In this document: positions 9,263 through 18,398 of the stretch, in pieces
How positions within the stretch are numbered: position 1 is the stretch's first letter
Layout: every line of letters starts with the position of its first letter
Translations under genes and position numbers: made by a program
Assembly: GCA_020436935.1 (NCBI GenBank)
Contig: JAGQWX010000018.1
Location: 19,529 to 83,528, forward strand
Source of the DNA: Saprospiraceae bacterium
GTDB lineage: Bacteria; Bacteroidota; Bacteroidia; Chitinophagales; Saprospiraceae
DNA: 64,000 nucleotides
Direction of reading: 5' to 3'
The notes under the pieces: model-generated
What the model saw: only the letters and a program-made list of their open reading frames with translations
Databases searched by the model: none
Told to the model about the DNA's origin: nothing

Positions 9263-10054
9263 TTATTCAAAACTGAGTGTAAAGTTCTTTACCGGCCTGG
9301 CTTGCTCATCGAGGAACCTCATCGAAAAATCGATCATTCCGGGACCATTGATGATTGCTCCGCGCACTATATTTCTGCCCTTCTTTAAGGTGAGCAACTT
9401 TGATGCGCAATGGTCAACGACCATGTCTTTGTCTCCCGGGATGACCAGGGCTTCTTCGCCATTAAGCCAGAACATGCCTGCAGAATTGCACCCCGCCATC
9501 ATTCTGACATTTTTTATTTCCTGGGGACAGTCGATGATGGTTACCACCCAGTACAAGACGCCATACTGTGGTTTACTCATGGCGTATGAGTATCGGTGTA
9601 GTTTGAAATTGAATAATTTGCTGTCTATCGCACGCCACTTGTATTCCTGATCTCCCATTTTAGACACCGATTCTTTTTTTGGAACCATGGTGAAATCTGT
9701 GGAGAAGTTTAAAGTGTCTACTGCGGCTCTCAAATAATTTTCTGTGAGTATGTTGTTTCTGGCTATGTCTTTTTTGATGGGATCCATGACCAACCATCTT
9801 TGCACGAACCCTTTGGCATCCGGTGCTTTCTTAGGGGTGACAGCGACAGAAAAGTATGCCCCTAAAGTGCGTGATGTATCGCTCTGAATGGGAACGGAAA
9901 TATTTGGGGGTCTGAAGCCTCCCGGACCTGGTCCCTGGCCCGGACCCGGTGGATTTCCGGGACCTTGTCCTTGTTGTGCAATAGCTGCCATTTGAAGCCC
10001 AAGTAACATGAGCAAAGGCATGGTCCACCTTAACGATTTGAATTTACTGATCAT
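9263..10054 (-). CDS. Secreted hypothetical protein with a Gly/Pro-rich low-complexity N-terminal region
   Basis: The probable start is the Met of MISKFKSLRWTMPLLMLLGLQMAAIAQQ (signal peptide), followed by GQGPGNPPGPGQGPGPGG. No recognisable domain. Tandem with the GH43 gene on the minus strand. Confidence 0.6.
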   Translation of the reverse strand: MISKFKSLRWTMPLLMLLGLQMAAIAQQGQGPGNPPGPGQGPGPGGFRPPNISVPIQSDTSRTLGAYFSVAVTPKKAPDAKGFVQRWLVMDPIKKDIARNNILTENYLRAAVDTLNFSTDFTMVPKKESVSKMGDQEYKWRAIDSKLFNFKLHRYSYAMSKPQYGVLYWVVTIIDCPQEIKNVRMMAGCNSAGMFWLNGEEALVIPGDKDMVVDHCASKLLTLKKGRNIVRGAIINGPGMIDFSMRFLDEQARPVKNFTLSFE

Positions 10055-10189
10055 CAGATTTCTTTTGTAAATTATTAATTGTGTTATACACACTTAATAT
10101 GGCTTTGACAAAGATATAAAAGAATGGATATGTTGGTTGATTGGCAGTGTTTTTTAAGGAATATTTTGAATTTGGAAGAGGTCATAGAC

Positions 10190-11041
10190 CTAATCCAACA
10201 CCTTCAAATCTTTGAAAATGGACCTGGTAATGGACTTTCTGCAAGCCCCAAAATCTTCGCGGTTTTGGTTTCTGTCCTGCAAAAGTCTGGTCGCAAAAAA
10301 ATAAACATCATTTCCTTTCTCGATATAACCCACCCACCAGCCGGTGTTGATGTTGTTTTCTCGGGTCCAGCCTGTTTTTGATCTTATGGTAAAGGCATCA
10401 GTGAATTCAGTCACCATTACTTTTTTGACGATGGCCATGTTTTCCTGGGAGAAAGGTAAATTGCCAGCGTACAATTTTCTGAGGAATTCGACCTGATTGA
10501 TGGGCGAGATAGCGAAAGCTCCAAAATTCCAGAAATCGGCGTCTTTTTGTGAAAGGTCTTGGTTGCCATAGTCAGATAGATGGAGGTAATGTTCATAGCG
10601 CTCTTTGCCTATGCGTTTGGCCAATTCTATAAACACCCATCCGGCAGAAACTTCAAATGCTTCTTTCACGGACATGTCGTGGTATATTTCAGGTCTGTAG
10701 CCATATTTGACGGTGTCAGTATCTCCTGGCCACGCAACGATCTCATGCTCATTAGCAATGACTTTGGTCTCTAATGCTATCAGCAAATTGATGATTTTGA
10801 AGGTAGATGCCGGGAGGGTAGGGAATTTCACCCCAAGGGTATCAGAAAGTATCCACTCTTTGTTTTGTTGATTGAAAATGGCTATGGAGCCTTCAACTCC
10901 GCATGCATCAAAATAGGATTTGAATTCTGGTTGGATGGTGGTTTTGTAAGGTATAGGTTTGGTGGGTGTTTCAATTGTGTTTTTCTTATACTGGCATGCA
11001 ATGATTAGTATTGAAAAAATGATTAGTTTATGTAAGTGCAT
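10190..11041 (-). CDS. Class D (OXA-type) beta-lactamase lipoprotein
   Basis: Lipoprotein signal (FSILIIACQ). Class D motifs PASTFKI (S-T-F-K), YGN (SDYGNQD), KTG (SKTGWT) and WWVG. 283 aa. Confidence 0.8.
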   Translation of the reverse strand: MHLHKLIIFSILIIACQYKKNTIETPTKPIPYKTTIQPEFKSYFDACGVEGSIAIFNQQNKEWILSDTLGVKFPTLPASTFKIINLLIALETKVIANEHEIVAWPGDTDTVKYGYRPEIYHDMSVKEAFEVSAGWVFIELAKRIGKERYEHYLHLSDYGNQDLSQKDADFWNFGAFAISPINQVEFLRKLYAGNLPFSQENMAIVKKVMVTEFTDAFTIRSKTGWTRENNINTGWWVGYIEKGNDVYFFATRLLQDRNQNREDFGACRKSITRSIFKDLKVLD

Positions 11042-11059
11042 TGTTTGTAAAAGATGTAA

Positions 11060-11761
11060 TTATTTTAATGAAACAGGATTTAATTTGTCCTCCATCCACT
11101 TGCCTGGGTTATTGATAATGTAGTTTTGAATTCTGATAAAAGCATCCTCTGACCTGATGATATGGTCGTGATAATTTTGTTGAAAAAAATGATTTTTGCG
11201 ATGATATTTTGGAATTGGTAAATTATGCTGGTCAATATAATCATCAATTTTTGTATTCACTGCCGATTTGAATCCTGCAATAAATGACGATATGGATTTT
11301 GGTAATCGTTGCGGTAGAAACGAACGGCCGTTCGTTTCTACGGTGCCGTTCGTTTCTACATCACCGTTCGTTTCTGCGGTGCCGTTCGTTTCTAAATCAC
11401 CATCCAATTCAACAAAATTGTTCGTTTCAACAATGCCGGACATTTCTGTGGGGCTGTTTTGTGGAACTGCAAGGTGGTTCGGTTTTACATTGTTATTAAT
11501 TTCGACAATGGTATGCAGATGATTAGGCATCAAAACAAATGAATGCAGAAATAATTCAGAACGCAAATCAAAGGATTTGTACCATTCCTGCAAGACGATT
11601 TCCCCCATTTCTGATAAAATCATTACACCATTTTCAATCCTTCCTAAATTGCATGTTCTATTTTGTGTAACAATGGTTAAAAAATAAAAAGCATCTGAGG
11701 AATAATTCCAATGGGGCCTTCTATGTGAAGATGTTCTGAATTTGTTTCGAAATTTTTCCAC
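11060..11761 (-). CDS. IS200-like HUH (Y1) transposase-like protein of the RAYT-like family, carrying an in-frame repeat insertion
   Basis: HuH motif LMPNHLHTIV. SFIAGFKSAVNTKI. C-terminal YHDHIIRSEDAFIRIQNYIINNPGKW, the family signature with the catalytic Tyr. The central linker contains the tandem ETNG(T/D)(A/V) repeats. Confidence 0.7.
   Translation of the reverse strand: MEKFRNKFRTSSHRRPHWNYSSDAFYFLTIVTQNRTCNLGRIENGVMILSEMGEIVLQEWYKSFDLRSELFLHSFVLMPNHLHTIVEINNNVKPNHLAVPQNSPTEMSGIVETNNFVELDGDLETNGTAETNGDVETNGTVETNGRSFLPQRLPKSISSFIAGFKSAVNTKIDDYIDQHNLPIPKYHRKNHFFQQNYHDHIIRSEDAFIRIQNYIINNPGKWMEDKLNPVSLK
11314..11401. repeat. 28-bp perfect palindrome followed by ~4 copies of an 18-bp tandem repeat, inside the HUH transposase-like CDS
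   Basis: gtagaaacgaacgg|ccgttcgtttctac (11314-11341) is a perfect inverted repeat. ccgttcgtttct(a/g)(c/a) then recurs every 18 bp at 11328, 11346, 11364 and 11382. In-frame, encoding the ETNGxx repeats. Confidence 0.85.
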
Positions 11762-11793
11762 AGCTGATGGTTCTCATTAGGGCCAACCCAATC

Positions 11794-13185
11794 CTACATC
11801 ATCTTCATCGCCACAGGATCCCACAATAGCGGTTTTCCTGCTTTCATACTCATGTTAGCTCCCAATGATGGGGCAGCGGCCCTGAGTCCAAAGGTGGTGT
11901 CTTCTACAATTTTATCCCCATCGCGCAATGCTTTAATGAAATTCTGCCAGTGGTGGGCATGGGCGTTGTATCCTTCAGGAAGGCTATATTTAATTTCCTG
12001 TGGTGACTTGATTTTATAACGGAAGTCATTGCCGTGGGTAGCTTCAAACCATTTTTTGAAATCTTGTTGTTGCTTTTCGGAGAATGTGCCGAAGGAATCC
12101 CAACCACCATAGGTAGGTTCCGTTCTTACCGGTCTGTTGATGACTGTGACTCCATCTCCTTCGACAGAAATGACGCCTTCTGTCCCTATGAGTCTGACGT
12201 GTGAACCGCCGCCAGAACCATCGACAAAGTTGACGCGCATTTGTACATTGAAAGCAGGGTGATTTGCACTTTTGTCATAATCGAGCAAGCCGAGCGTAAC
12301 ATCAGGAGCATCTCTGCCATCTTTCCAGAATCTTAGTCCTCCGGTTCCATAAATCTTAGAAGGCCCTACAGCTCCTGTGATGACGTGGAGAGCCGTGAAG
12401 AGGTGTACGAAAAGGTCACCGGCAACCCCCGTGCCATAGTCATCGTAATTTCTCCACCTGAAAAATCTTGTTTTGTCAAAAGGTCTTTTTGGTGCATCAC
12501 CAATAAATGCGTCCCAACCAACTGTTTCCGGACTTGCATCCGTAGGTATGCTGTATTGCCATGCTCCATTGGAGGAGTTGCGGTCATTGCGCGTATCAAT
12601 CAAAATAAGGTCACCAATTGCGCCTGATTTGTAGAGTTCGGCAGCCTTAAGTGTTTCCAGTGAAGTGACCCTTTGGGAACCAACCTGGACTTTAAGCCCT
12701 GATTTTTTTTCTGCCTCAACCATAGTCATGCCTTCGTCGAGGTGGTGCATCATTGGCTTTTCGCAATAGACTGCTTTGCCTGCTTTCAAGGCTTCTTTCA
12801 TGATGTGATCGTGCCAGTGGTCTGAGGTAGAGATACAGACTGCATCAATGTCTTTCATTTCGAGCATCTGGCGGTAATCGCGCATGGTTTTGACATCCTT
12901 GCCAAACTTCTCCTGCATCATCGTCAGCCTTCCGTCATACAAGTCGCAAGCGGCAGCAATCTCCACTCCAGAAACTTTGGATGCTGAGTTGGCATTGGCA
13001 AGACCCTGGATGCCACAGCCAATGAATCCTATTCTGATTTTGTCATTGGCGGTGAACTTTCTGTTTGCGAATGCATTCTCGGGCATTTCCAGGAAATTTT
13101 CACCGGCTTTGAGATTGGTACCGAGAAGTAAAAGACCACCAAGGCTTGCTTTTTTGATGAATTTGCGTCTGTTTTCTTTTGACAT
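11794..13185 (-). CDS. Gfo/Idh/MocA-family NAD(P)-dependent oxidoreductase with a twin-arginine (Tat) signal
   Basis: MSKENRRKFIKKASLGGLLLLG is Tat-like. IRIGFIGCGIQG Rossmann motif. Typical Gfo/Idh/MocA length. Confidence 0.85.
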   Translation of the reverse strand: MSKENRRKFIKKASLGGLLLLGTNLKAGENFLEMPENAFANRKFTANDKIRIGFIGCGIQGLANANSASKVSGVEIAAACDLYDGRLTMMQEKFGKDVKTMRDYRQMLEMKDIDAVCISTSDHWHDHIMKEALKAGKAVYCEKPMMHHLDEGMTMVEAEKKSGLKVQVGSQRVTSLETLKAAELYKSGAIGDLILIDTRNDRNSSNGAWQYSIPTDASPETVGWDAFIGDAPKRPFDKTRFFRWRNYDDYGTGVAGDLFVHLFTALHVITGAVGPSKIYGTGGLRFWKDGRDAPDVTLGLLDYDKSANHPAFNVQMRVNFVDGSGGGSHVRLIGTEGVISVEGDGVTVINRPVRTEPTYGGWDSFGTFSEKQQQDFKKWFEATHGNDFRYKIKSPQEIKYSLPEGYNAHAHHWQNFIKALRDGDKIVEDTTFGLRAAAPSLGANMSMKAGKPLLWDPVAMKMM

Positions 13186-13426
13186 GGCTTGAATTCTTTG
13201 ATTTGGATTTAAAATAACTACAGACTAAAATAAAAGTATATTTTCAAACCAAAGTATTTTCACCCAATTTGTATTATTTCCACCCCAAAGCACAGGATAA
13301 GCTCTGAGCCTTAATAAACATTACTACAAATTGATTGCCATTTGGATTTCTTTGTTGATGTAAATCCATTGAAGTACTGATTCTTCTATATCAAGGCACT
13401 TCGAAATTTTTGATCAGTAAGATTGA

Positions 13427-16400
13427 TCAAAAATTCTCATGCTTGATGACTACTCCCGGTTGAATCACAAGGTTGCCATCTTGAACAATTAATGATGTTT
13501 TAAACCTCAGGTTGCTTTCGAATATATAATCCTTGTAAATGGTACCAGGAGCATCAATGGTAAAACTGTTGACTTTTGTGTTCCTGAAGTCAAAATGCAT
13601 ATTATATGGCGATTGGTTGACAATTATAAAATCCGCTAAACTGAGATTTGCGCCAGTATTGGGTCCAAATTTCAATGTTTGGATGCTTGTATTATGCGAT
13701 GTTCCAAGAATTTTAAGGGTGCTGTTTCCCCTACAAATGATGAGAGGGTCGAAGAAGCCAGCAGTTTTTGTAAGCCCGATGACAGGTTTTTGATACTCGT
13801 CATAATTGTTGCCCATCTCCATATTTACATTTTCAAAATAAAACTTACCACCTTTACTGATATCTAAAAACTGATTGACCCGCATCAAAGTTTGTAAGCC
13901 TACACCTCCATCGTTTCCCAGAAATTCTACTTTTAGATCTGTAAGAGATATACTCCCGGTAAAGAACAATGCATTCAATTTCAGGAAAATATCTTTATCC
14001 ACACCGCGAAATGAGATATTTGCGATCGATACATTATTATTAACAAAAAGGGTATCGTCCTCATGGTATCCATATTGGTCTACGACCAGAGTGTCGGCAT
14101 TTTTTAAGGAAGTCAGATTTGTAGGACAACCTCCTGATATATTGCTCCAATTGGGCAAAGGGTCAAATTCATTGGTAAAACCAATCCAATAGAGATTTCC
14201 TGAAAATGTGTTGGGTGAAAAGTTGATTCCCTGATTGTTGCCAATATCAATACTCTCAGGTGCATGAAAGATTGTGCCACCGACAGCTTGTACTCCTTCA
14301 AGTGCAATTTTCCCGAGAATACATAGGTTGTTAACGGTCTTCATCTCCATTTTTATACTCGATGAAGTTGATTTAATGGATGCCTGAGGAAGTGAGTTGC
14401 CAGGACCGCGAATTCCATAATTTACCCGAAGACCTGCGCCGGAGTTGGTTCCAATTTCAAGTTTTGCATTGTTTCCCAATATGAGGGAGTCCACAGATAT
14501 TGAGTCAAATGAATTACGTACGATGCCTTCACCACTCAAAATCAACTTCTCCGCAAAAAAATCGTATGTCAAATTTAGAAGCAGCGAATTGTTTAGTTCA
14601 ATTTGTTTGAGGGGAGTAGGCTTGTGTTGTAGTACTTTTGCTTTTACAGAAGCTTGAGATCCATTGATTGTGGTAGGGCTAAACTCATTGCTACATAATC
14701 TTACCAAAGAATCTGACTCAATGTGGCTGGTTCCCAGATTAAACGTTTTCTCACCATCAGCCCCCTGAATGCTACGCGCATAGATATCATGATTGTTGGT
14801 ATTAAAAGTGCCTCCATCAATGGATAAAATTTCGTCAAGGTTTAGATCATGGTCAATATTAAATATGCTGCCGGAACCTTTGAAATAAAGATATAAACCA
14901 GGCAAGTTGTTTTGTATATTTATATCGCCTTGACCATCCAGCCATATTTGATATAATTGTGCAGCTGCATTCGTATTGAATACTGCTTGAGGTCCTATTG
15001 TGAAAGAGCCTGTATTGACATGTGGCTTTGTTCCTTGCGTATATCCGAATGGCTTATAAAGGGTTACAGCCCCATTATTTGGATTGCTTATCCATGTGAA
15101 ATCTTGGCATTTAGTTCCAATGGAGTAATCCATTAGAATTTCCTGACCCGATCCATCAAAAGAAAAATCATCAATGATAACATTATCGACAGCTCTTGGT
15201 ACACAGGCACCAGGATTATTTAGTGTTTTGGTTTGCAAAGACCAATGGCCTGCGTCAAACCAATTACCGCTGCCATCGACCCAATAGTAAGTTGTGCTTG
15301 TGGTATTTAATGTGGCATTCCAATAGGCATTACTGCCGATCACCTTTCCGGAGGTGACATTAAAAGATGCCCCACCTGTAGTTTTGATGTTGTGAATTAA
15401 GGCCCTTGGAAAAGTAACTGTGCCGATGGTTCTTTTGAAAAAATAGTCATTCTCATTTTTTATGGTAAACATAGTCAAGAGATTGCATGGCCCCCCAGGA
15501 GGTGTTGTAACACTGCCGTTTATGGTCAATTCATTAAAATATGCCCAATTTTCAAAGGTGCTAAACTCTATGGTTTTTCCTGGTTGAATGATTTCGAGAA
15601 GATTGTTGATGGTCATTGAACCTGCGATTCTCGTCAGAAATTCATTGTCAATTTCCAAGTGGTTGATTATTGGATTTCTTACATCCATATTTAACTCATC
15701 TCTATCTAATGGAGGGTCAAAGTTTGTAAGGATAGCATGATCAAGATGAATGTCGTCAAGAAAAAATCTTGGTGAGGATATGGTATGATTTCCGTGCAGT
15801 GTTACTGCTCCAGTATTATTGTATTTCGAATAAAAAAGATTTGTACAAATTATAATCGAGTTATCAAGATAAAGGTCTTTTATTAATGCGTTATCGCTAG
15901 AATATCCCGGAACCCCAACAAACATTGATCCAACAGTGATTTGTGTGCTTTCAGCTAAAAGCACACCTTTATAAAACCTGAAAGTAGCGTTAACTGTCAA
16001 TGGACTTTTGACATTTAAAGCTACTCCTTCTACATCAAAAGTAAGATCATTAAGATCGATATTTTTTGTATCAATCAAGTGTTCATCTTTAAATCCAGGA
16101 CCATTGATCGACCATTTATTAACATGTGGTACGTTATATGTAGTTATAACATTGCTTTCAAAGGTAAGGTCGCCATGCACTTGAATGAATAGGGGGTTGA
16201 GGTTTGAGCCCTGAAAGATAAGTGTTGCGTTTTCTGCATAAAAGTTGTTGGCAAAAAATGTTGTTCCAGCTGGAAAAATGACAGTAATATGTCCAGCGTC
16301 GGCGTTGGTAAGAAAAACATTGTCTGTTGGAGATGGTATGGTGCCTAATGGGTTTCCACTTACGTCTGTCCAATTCGCAGGATCGTTGTAGTTACCTGTC

Positions 16401-16516
16401 TGAACCTTATCCCAAAAGTGATCTAAGGCTATACCTTTTATAGCAAAGGTAATTGATAGTAAAAAGATAAAAACCCTTGGTTTTGAACTTTTTAATTCAA
16501 TTTTAAAATGCATCAA
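13427..16516 (-). CDS. Large (1029 aa) Asn/Thr/Gly-rich secreted protein; possible beta-helix or adhesin-like
   Basis: N-terminal signal peptide. Highly Asn-rich and repetitive. No recognisable T9SS C-terminal domain (CTD) and no catalytic motif. Confidence 0.65.
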   Translation of the reverse strand: MMHFKIELKSSKPRVFIFLLSITFAIKGIALDHFWDKVQTGNYNDPANWTDVSGNPLGTIPSPTDNVFLTNADAGHITVIFPAGTTFFANNFYAENATLIFQGSNLNPLFIQVHGDLTFESNVITTYNVPHVNKWSINGPGFKDEHLIDTKNIDLNDLTFDVEGVALNVKSPLTVNATFRFYKGVLLAESTQITVGSMFVGVPGYSSDNALIKDLYLDNSIIICTNLFYSKYNNTGAVTLHGNHTISSPRFFLDDIHLDHAILTNFDPPLDRDELNMDVRNPIINHLEIDNEFLTRIAGSMTINNLLEIIQPGKTIEFSTFENWAYFNELTINGSVTTPPGGPCNLLTMFTIKNENDYFFKRTIGTVTFPRALIHNIKTTGGASFNVTSGKVIGSNAYWNATLNTTSTTYYWVDGSGNWFDAGHWSLQTKTLNNPGACVPRAVDNVIIDDFSFDGSGQEILMDYSIGTKCQDFTWISNPNNGAVTLYKPFGYTQGTKPHVNTGSFTIGPQAVFNTNAAAQLYQIWLDGQGDINIQNNLPGLYLYFKGSGSIFNIDHDLNLDEILSIDGGTFNTNNHDIYARSIQGADGEKTFNLGTSHIESDSLVRLCSNEFSPTTINGSQASVKAKVLQHKPTPLKQIELNNSLLLNLTYDFFAEKLILSGEGIVRNSFDSISVDSLILGNNAKLEIGTNSGAGLRVNYGIRGPGNSLPQASIKSTSSSIKMEMKTVNNLCILGKIALEGVQAVGGTIFHAPESIDIGNNQGINFSPNTFSGNLYWIGFTNEFDPLPNWSNISGGCPTNLTSLKNADTLVVDQYGYHEDDTLFVNNNVSIANISFRGVDKDIFLKLNALFFTGSISLTDLKVEFLGNDGGVGLQTLMRVNQFLDISKGGKFYFENVNMEMGNNYDEYQKPVIGLTKTAGFFDPLIICRGNSTLKILGTSHNTSIQTLKFGPNTGANLSLADFIIVNQSPYNMHFDFRNTKVNSFTIDAPGTIYKDYIFESNLRFKTSLIVQDGNLVIQPGVVIKHENF

Positions 16517-16742
16517 TGGTTTTTTTGATCGAAAATACCAGTGGTAAAAGGTGTATTACCTACCCAAAAGTGTGGTTTTAGCTCCATGTTCCAAAAGAAT
16601 GACTAAATCAGAACATGAAGTGTCTGGTAAGTTAAGCGGACGAATATTGATTGGTTTTCAAATGGAATAATGTCAACAGAAGGATTTGCAAACAGGGGTT
16701 GAAATGTTCGAGACTTTTTAAACATCGATAGGAAATAGCTAT

Positions 16743-17219
16743 CTACCAGCTGCTATTGCTACCTTCCAAAAGCCCCTTTAGATTGTCCAGACCTTTCTGT
16801 AAGTCTTTGCCCAACATGCCTTTAAAGATGAAAGAAAACAGGCTCATAGGGAATTTTGTCTCACCCTCAAAGGTCCAGGTCACCCTGGTTTTGTCTGGGC
16901 CAAGCTCTTTGGTCAGAAATTTTGAAGTTGCAGTGTTTTTCATAGGACGCTCAAACTGAAGGAGGTAGGCTATCTCCTCATTGGGCATGAGTTTGGTGAT
17001 GGTTTGTTTCCCAGCACCTACGTTTTTATTCGTGCTGTCCCAACTGTATTGATATCCTACTGTGCCATCCGTGCCTGATGTCGTGACTTTTTGGTTGGGG
17101 TCTGCCATATTCCAGACGCTGAATTTGTCCTGATTCCTGGATATTTTAATAAAATCATAAACCGTAGTTATGGGTTTATTGATATCCACAGATTTTTCAA
17201 TGATCATTTTTTTAGCCAT
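16743..17219 (-). CDS. SRPBCC (START/Bet v1-like, polyketide-cyclase-like) domain protein
   Basis: 158 aa; MAKKMIIEKSVDINKPITTVYDFI...; length and composition typical of SRPBCC. Confidence 0.6.
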   Translation of the reverse strand: MAKKMIIEKSVDINKPITTVYDFIKISRNQDKFSVWNMADPNQKVTTSGTDGTVGYQYSWDSTNKNVGAGKQTITKLMPNEEIAYLLQFERPMKNTATSKFLTKELGPDKTRVTWTFEGETKFPMSLFSFIFKGMLGKDLQKGLDNLKGLLEGSNSSW

Positions 17220-17440
17220 AACATAAGACTTAAAGGATGTTAACTAATGATTGCCAGAATAAATATAGGATTGCAACAGGATATTCTCGAACAAAATCCG
17301 CACAAAAGTTCGACTTCGTTCAAACAAGTGTCATTGTTACTCTGGATTCTGTACTCTGTTTTGGTTTCCCGCAGATTAGCGCAGAAAAACGCGCTGATTT
17401 TCGCTGAAAATGGGTGGTATCTCATGAAAAAGTTGCCTCT

Positions 17441-17950
17441 AATACCTAATACCGTGTGCTAAAGACCAGGCTTCGGCTACGCTGGCTTCGGCTTCGCTCA
17501 GCCACCAAGCGTATAATTACGAATCTTCAATTACGAATTACGGATTATTTTGTTTGGGTTTTATTGTTTACGGCTCAAGTCAATTTAATCAATATGAATC
17601 TTAATGTCTTAACCACGATCTCCGGATTCTTTGCGTTCTCAAACTTCACCACCTCTTTGCGCCATTGCGAGAGATAAAGGGATATGTATTTAATATTAAG
17701 GGCTTTTGGAGAGGAATATGAACCAAAAAGACCAACACCAAAAGACCAACACCCAAAGACCAGGCTTCAGCTCCGATCAGCCACCTTTAGTTGGATCAAA
17801 TAATAACATCGACTTTTATTTTCCGAAGAAAATGCAAATAATCCCGCAAAAATACACTGAAAGTGGGTGATGTCTATGGAAGACACAAGCAATCTAAAAC
17901 CTAATACCTAAAACCTTGTGCTAAAGACCAACACCTAAAGACCAACTCCC
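17441..17950. repeat. Composite intergenic repeat, copy 1: AAGACCA-type short tandem motifs, an AATTACGAATTACGG motif and an ~80-bp conserved core (17597-17680)
   Basis: The core aatcttaatgtcttaa..tctttgcgttctcaa..ttcaccacctctttgcgccattgcgagagataa recurs reverse-complemented at 63524-63604. aaagaccaacacc-like motifs at 17445-17460, 17720-17760 and 17915-17950 match 63395-63430 (rc). The aattacgaattacgg motif matches 63366-63385 (rc). Confidence 0.6.
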
Positions 17951-17957
17951 GATCCAA

Positions 17958-18398
17958 CTATTTCTTCTCTTCAACCCTCACCTCGGTCCTTTTTTGCATT
18001 TCTTCAAGCCCTAGTTGATAAGGGACAAACCTTATTTTATCACCAAAATACCCCTTTTGTTTAAGGTGAAGCTTTGCCGTTACCTTTCCCATGCTACCAA
18101 ATGTTACTTTGTCAACACCGGCATGAGGAATTCTGATGGTTTTGAAATAATTGGTGATGTAGAAGTGATCCTGATCAAATTCTATGCGTTTGAATGTCCA
18201 GAACTTGAAATAGAATAAAGCAAGGATTGGCAAAATTACTGCCCAGTAAATCACCTTACTTACAGGACTGAAAAATAGATCAAAATTGGAATTGTCTGTT
18301 AATATCAATGTGAGGCCAAACGTCAGCATCCATGTTGCATAGATGATCGGTATGAACATTTTCCAGAACAGCGTCCAGTTGGATGTAATTCTAATCAT
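17958..18398 (-). CDS. Hypothetical integral membrane protein (3-4 TM) co-transcribed downstream of tatC
   Basis: Hydrophobic segments. Start overlaps the tatC stop by 8 nt. Confidence 0.5.
   Translation of the reverse strand: MIRITSNWTLFWKMFIPIIYATWMLTFGLTLILTDNSNFDLFFSPVSKVIYWAVILPILALFYFKFWTFKRIEFDQDHFYITNYFKTIRIPHAGVDKVTFGSMGKVTAKLHLKQKGYFGDKIRFVPYQLGLEEMQKRTEVRVEEKK

Noticed and set aside
11326-11401. 18-bp tandem repeats considered as a mini-CRISPR or other array
   Set aside because: The units are contiguous with no spacers, in-frame within a CDS, and only 18 bp. There are no cas genes.
11268-11522. Plus-strand ORFs (84 and 71 aa, PFVS/RSFL repeats) antisense to the HUH gene
   Set aside because: These are artefacts of reading the 18-bp tandem repeat in other frames, with no independent support.
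13427-13700. T9SS C-terminal sorting domain at the end of the 1029-aa protein
   Set aside because: The C-terminal 90 aa lack the type A motifs and the type B motifs (FTPNGDGxND / WDGxxNG).
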